In this document: piece after piece, positions 27,907 through 31,197 of the stretch
Layout: every line of letters starts with the position of its first letter
How positions within the stretch are numbered: position 1 is the first letter of the stretch
Assembly (NCBI GenBank): GCA_027622665.1
Contig: JAQBYT010000045.1
Span: 1-31,197 of the forward strand
From: Verrucomicrobiota bacterium
GTDB lineage: Bacteria > Verrucomicrobiota > Verrucomicrobiia > Opitutales > Seribacteraceae
DNA length: 31,197 nucleotides
Direction: 5' to 3'
Translations under genes and position numbers: made by a program
The notes under the pieces: model-generated
What the model saw: the letters and a program-made list of their open reading frames with translations, nothing else
What the model was told of the DNA's origin: nothing
Databases searched by the model: none

Positions 27907-27936
27907 TTGCCAATATCCACTCGGAAAACTCAAGGT
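27907..27936 (+). promoter_or_regulatory. Putative promoter TTGCCA-N18-CAAGGT, 6 nt before ATG 27943
   Basis: Recurrent motif and spacing in this window. Confidence 0.45.
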
Positions 27937-27942
27937 GCGGGG

Positions 27943-30036
27943 ATGAAAGTTGTTCACGCCCTACCCCTCATACTTACGTTCTGTTTCTCGCACCTCACCG
28001 GTGCCGAGTTTCGGGCGGGAGCCGTAGCCCTCGACGTCACCCCAAAAAAGTTCCCCGTACTGGTCAACGGCGGCATGACGAGTCGCAACGCCACCGGGGT
28101 GACCGACCCCATCTACGCCAAGGCCATTGTTCTGGCGGACGGCAAGAGCGAGATCGCCATCGTGGTGGTCGACAGTTGCATGATGCCGCGGCCCCTTTTG
28201 GACGAGGCCAAGGCCCTGGCGGCCAAGCGGACAGGAATCCCCACCGACCGCATCCCGGTATCCGCCACTCACACCCACACGGCGCCCTCCACCCTCGCCT
28301 GTCTGGGTACCAATGCGGACCCTCGGTACACTCCCTACCTGAAAGGAAAAATTGCCGAGGCCATCGCCGAGGCCCAAAAGAAATTACAGCCAGCACAGGC
28401 GGGATGGAACCAAGCGAACGCCGCCGAATTCACCGCACTACGCCGCTGGATACGCCGGCCCGACCGCATTGAAAAAGATCCCTTCGGCAACCCCACCGTG
28501 CGGGCCAACATGCACGCGGGTCGCAACTGGAACGACGTCACGGGCGAATCCGGCCCCGAGGATCCCGATCTCACCCTCATCTCGATCCAAGACAGAAAGG
28601 GTAAACCACTCGCCATCCTGGCCAATTTTTCCATGCACTACTTCGCCGGCGTCAAGGCAATCAGCTCGGACTACTTCGGTAGATTCGCAAACAACTTGGG
28701 CGACATGCTCGATGCGGACGAAAGCTTCGTTGGCATCATGTCCCACGGTTGCAGCGGGGATATCTGGCGTCGCGACTACACACTCCGCAACTGGTCCGTG
28801 GATCCGCCAAAGAAGGAGGAGCAAATGCAAATCGACTCCTACGCCAAGAGCTTGGCCGAACGCGCGCTCCTCGACTACCGCAAGATCAAGCATCGCACGA
28901 ACCTCGACCTCGCCATGGCTGAAACCCGCATGACCCTCAAGTACCGCGTCCCCGACGTCGGGCTTCTCCAATGGTCCGAGGCAATCGTTGCCGAAATGGG
29001 TGAACGTAACCCCAAGACCAAAACCGAAGTATACGCCTTCGAGCAAATCGTCCTCCACAAACGCCAACAAACGGAGATCGTCCTGCAGGCTCTTCGCATA
29101 GGAGACATGACGATCACCACCACTCCCAACGAGACCTACGCCCTAACCGGTCTCAAGCTGAAGGCGAAAAGCCCGTTCCCCAAGACCATGGTCATCGAGT
29201 TGGCCAATGGCGGCGACGGGTACATCCCCCCGCCCGAGCAACATTTCCTCGGAGGCTACAACACTTGGGCCGCCCGCTCCGCCGGGCTCGAGGTACAGGC
29301 GGAACCGAAAATCACGGAAGCCTGCCTGCGGCTTCTTGAAGAAGTTTCTGCAAAACCACGTCGCGTCCCACTGGTTTCGCAAGGCTCCTTGGCAAAGGCC
29401 ATCGCCGAACTCAAACCCATTCACTGGTGGCGCATGGACGAATTACAAGGCCCGCTCGCAATCGACGAGCAAGGCAACCGCGACGGTCACTACGAGGACG
29501 GAGTGGTCTTCTACCTTGAGGGACCGGACTCGAAAGGTTTTACGCCCGGCCAAGTCAACCGCTGCGCCCACTTCGCCGGCGGTCGCCTCCGAGCACGCCT
29601 GCCGAAACTTGGAAACACCTACGCCATTTCCCTCCGGTTCTGGAACGGCATGCCCGACAATTCCCGAACCGTGCTCGGTTGGATGTTCAGTCGAGGACGC
29701 GACCATTCGCTCGACGCCCTCGGCGATCACCTCGGTCTGGACGGGAAAGGAAACCTGCTCTTTAGCGACGGTGGCAAAACCCATCCTGGAAAATCATCGG
29801 TTAAGCGTTGGACATGGATGCAGGCGACCTTGGTACGCAAGGGCGAGGACGTCAGGGTCTATCTCGACGGCAAGATCGAGATCGAGGCGAAGGTAACAGC
29901 CAACCTGCCTGCGGAAGACATCTTCATCGGCGGACGCAACGACAACCGGTCAAACTGGGAAGGACGCATAGACGAGGTCGCACTATTCGACCGAGCCCTC
30001 ACCCAGAAAGAAGTTGAGAGCCTGTCGCTTGATTGA
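27943..30036 (+). CDS. Neutral/alkaline ceramidase-like hydrolase with C-terminal LamG/ConA-like domain
   Basis: FRAGAVALDVTP, ATHTHTAP, NFSMHY, SSDYFG and GYIP motifs, then WWRMDE...VYLDG...FIGGR...WEGRIDEVALFDRALT. Confidence 0.82.
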   Translation: MKVVHALPLILTFCFSHLTGAEFRAGAVALDVTPKKFPVLVNGGMTSRNATGVTDPIYAKAIVLADGKSEIAIVVVDSCMMPRPLLDEAKALAAKRTGIPTDRIPVSATHTHTAPSTLACLGTNADPRYTPYLKGKIAEAIAEAQKKLQPAQAGWNQANAAEFTALRRWIRRPDRIEKDPFGNPTVRANMHAGRNWNDVTGESGPEDPDLTLISIQDRKGKPLAILANFSMHYFAGVKAISSDYFGRFANNLGDMLDADESFVGIMSHGCSGDIWRRDYTLRNWSVDPPKKEEQMQIDSYAKSLAERALLDYRKIKHRTNLDLAMAETRMTLKYRVPDVGLLQWSEAIVAEMGERNPKTKTEVYAFEQIVLHKRQQTEIVLQALRIGDMTITTTPNETYALTGLKLKAKSPFPKTMVIELANGGDGYIPPPEQHFLGGYNTWAARSAGLEVQAEPKITEACLRLLEEVSAKPRRVPLVSQGSLAKAIAELKPIHWWRMDELQGPLAIDEQGNRDGHYEDGVVFYLEGPDSKGFTPGQVNRCAHFAGGRLRARLPKLGNTYAISLRFWNGMPDNSRTVLGWMFSRGRDHSLDALGDHLGLDGKGNLLFSDGGKTHPGKSSVKRWTWMQATLVRKGEDVRVYLDGKIEIEAKVTANLPAEDIFIGGRNDNRSNWEGRIDEVALFDRALTQKEVESLSLD

Positions 30037-30107
30037 TGGAAAGAAACCTCTCACCAATACGCAGAGAACACGGAGCCTCCTTCAGATTAATGAACCCCGC
30101 CCACCCT

Positions 30108-30218
30108 TGTCATTGCAAGCCACAAAGTGGTGTGGCGATTCAGCCTGAGACGCAATGCGAATGCCCTACGCGTCCGCTGGATTGCCGCGTCAGGACTTCG
30201 TCCTTCCTCGCAATGACA
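30108..30218. repeat. Inverted pair of TGTCATTGC-tagged REP-like palindromic repeats
   Basis: Copies at 30108-30143 (+) and 30177-30218 (-), each with an internal hairpin. Confidence 0.88.
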
Positions 30219-30275
30219 AATGCCAAAATATATCCTTCCTCTCTTTGATGAAAACACTTCAAGTAAACTAACCAC

Positions 30276-30854
30276 ATGAACGATTGGGAACAACGCTACC
30301 AAGAGGGCGACGTCCAATGGGACAAAGGAGAGGCCTCCCCCGGACTAGTCGATTGGCTGGCCGAAAACGCAGACCACCCGACAGGCAAGGTCATCGTCCC
30401 CGGGTGCGGTTTCGGGCACGACGCACGGGCATGGGCCGAAGCCGGTTTCGAAGTGGTGGGCTACGACCTCGCCCCAGCCGCCGTCAAAGGCGCCGAGGAG
30501 CAAACCCCGGATTCCCTACCCGACGCCACCTTCCGTCTCGGCGACTTTCTCGAAGACGAACCCTTCGACGCCTTCGACTACGTCTTCGAGCACACCTTCT
30601 TCTGCGCCATCGATCCGGCTCGACGCCCAGATCACGTCGCGGCCTGCCGGAACTGGCTAAAGCCAAAGGGCAAACTCCTCGCCGTCCACTACATGCTGCC
30701 CAAGGACGAGGAAGGCCCGCCCTTTGGTACCGACAGGGAGGAAATCATCAAAAGATTCTCAACGAATTTCCAACTCCTCTCCGATTGGACACCCCGCTCC
30801 TACCCGCACCGAACGGGCCTCGAGCACATGTTCCTCTGGGAAAAGAAAGACTGA
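30276..30854 (+). CDS. TPMT-family class I SAM-dependent (thiol/halide-type) methyltransferase
   Basis: WEQRY...WDKGEASP, VIVPGCGFGHD, GDF, EHTFFCAIDP and GPPF motifs. Confidence 0.88.
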   Translation: MNDWEQRYQEGDVQWDKGEASPGLVDWLAENADHPTGKVIVPGCGFGHDARAWAEAGFEVVGYDLAPAAVKGAEEQTPDSLPDATFRLGDFLEDEPFDAFDYVFEHTFFCAIDPARRPDHVAACRNWLKPKGKLLAVHYMLPKDEEGPPFGTDREEIIKRFSTNFQLLSDWTPRSYPHRTGLEHMFLWEKKD

Positions 30855-30880
30855 GACTCTCCCGAACCTCGCCCCTAGGC

Positions 30881-31197
30881 TGTCATTGCAAGCCCGTCAG
30901 GGTCTGGCAACCCACGCACTCTCTCTGTCATTGCGAGCCCGTCAGGGCGTGGCAATCCAGTCTGATGCGTTATGCGGGATGCCCGAGCGGGGTGGTTGGT
31001 TGCCGAATGGTTCGGCTGGATTGCCGCGTCGCTACGCTCCTCGCAATGACAACGGTGGGGAGTGGCGGGCGAGGTGGGTTCCTCTCAGTTTAGGGACGTA
31101 TCCCCTGTGCTGTCATTGCGAGCCCGCAGGGCGTGGCAATCAGGTCTCCTCACTTTTTTGTCATTGCGAGGAAGGTCTCGAAGAGAACTGACGTGGC
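30881..31197. repeat. Cluster of five TGTCATTGC-tagged REP-like repeats (BIME-like), truncated by the window end
   Basis: Copies at 30881-30914 (+), 30926-30960 (+), 31016-31051 (-), 31111-31143 (+) and 31159-31197 (+, truncated). Confidence 0.9.

Noticed and set aside
27778..27942. Overlapping extended starts at 27888 (-) and 27844 (+)
   Set aside because: They would overlap head-to-head. The downstream starts give signal peptides and fit the promoters.
30033..31191. ORFs 30033-30248, 30284-31093 and 30724-31191
   Set aside because: They are translations of the repeats (CHCE/LDCRV/LAMT) or an alternative frame of the methyltransferase.
30881..31197. Terminal repeat cluster as CRISPR or integron attC array
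   Set aside because: Mixed orientations, variable repeats and irregular spacers, with no attC core sites, cas gene or integrase.

Overview
Gene-dense bacterial chromosomal region. It most likely comes from a marine PVC-superphylum organism, probably Verrucomicrobiota/Opitutales; this is inferred from a PVC-type heme-binding dehydrogenase, multiple sulfatases, a DUF1080 fusion and a Trp-rich secreted domain. It encodes four Cys-type sulfatases, three SGNH-type esterases (two of them fusions), a Tat-exported Gfo/Idh/MocA oxidoreductase, PepA and PepP aminopeptidases, a PAL-like NHL protein, an acyltransferase-3/ankyrin fusion, a ceramidase-like/LamG protein, a TPMT-like methyltransferase bracketed by TGTCATTGC REP-like palindromes, and two probable pseudogenes. 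I saw no rRNA, tRNA, CRISPR array or transposase. The best candidate for an undescribed system is at 5173-8324. There, a translationally coupled ECF sigma / single-TM anti-sigma / DUF3106-like operon converges on a gene for a secreted His/Arg/Gly-rich disordered repeat protein. That gene and the sigma gene both carry the same ECF-type promoter (GAAACTTT-N12/13-TCGTT), and the His-rich protein contains two copies of the DUF3106-like helix. A recurring TTGSCN-N18-YANNNT promoter, often placed for leaderless transcripts, is also visible. All family calls come from motif recognition by eye, not database searches.
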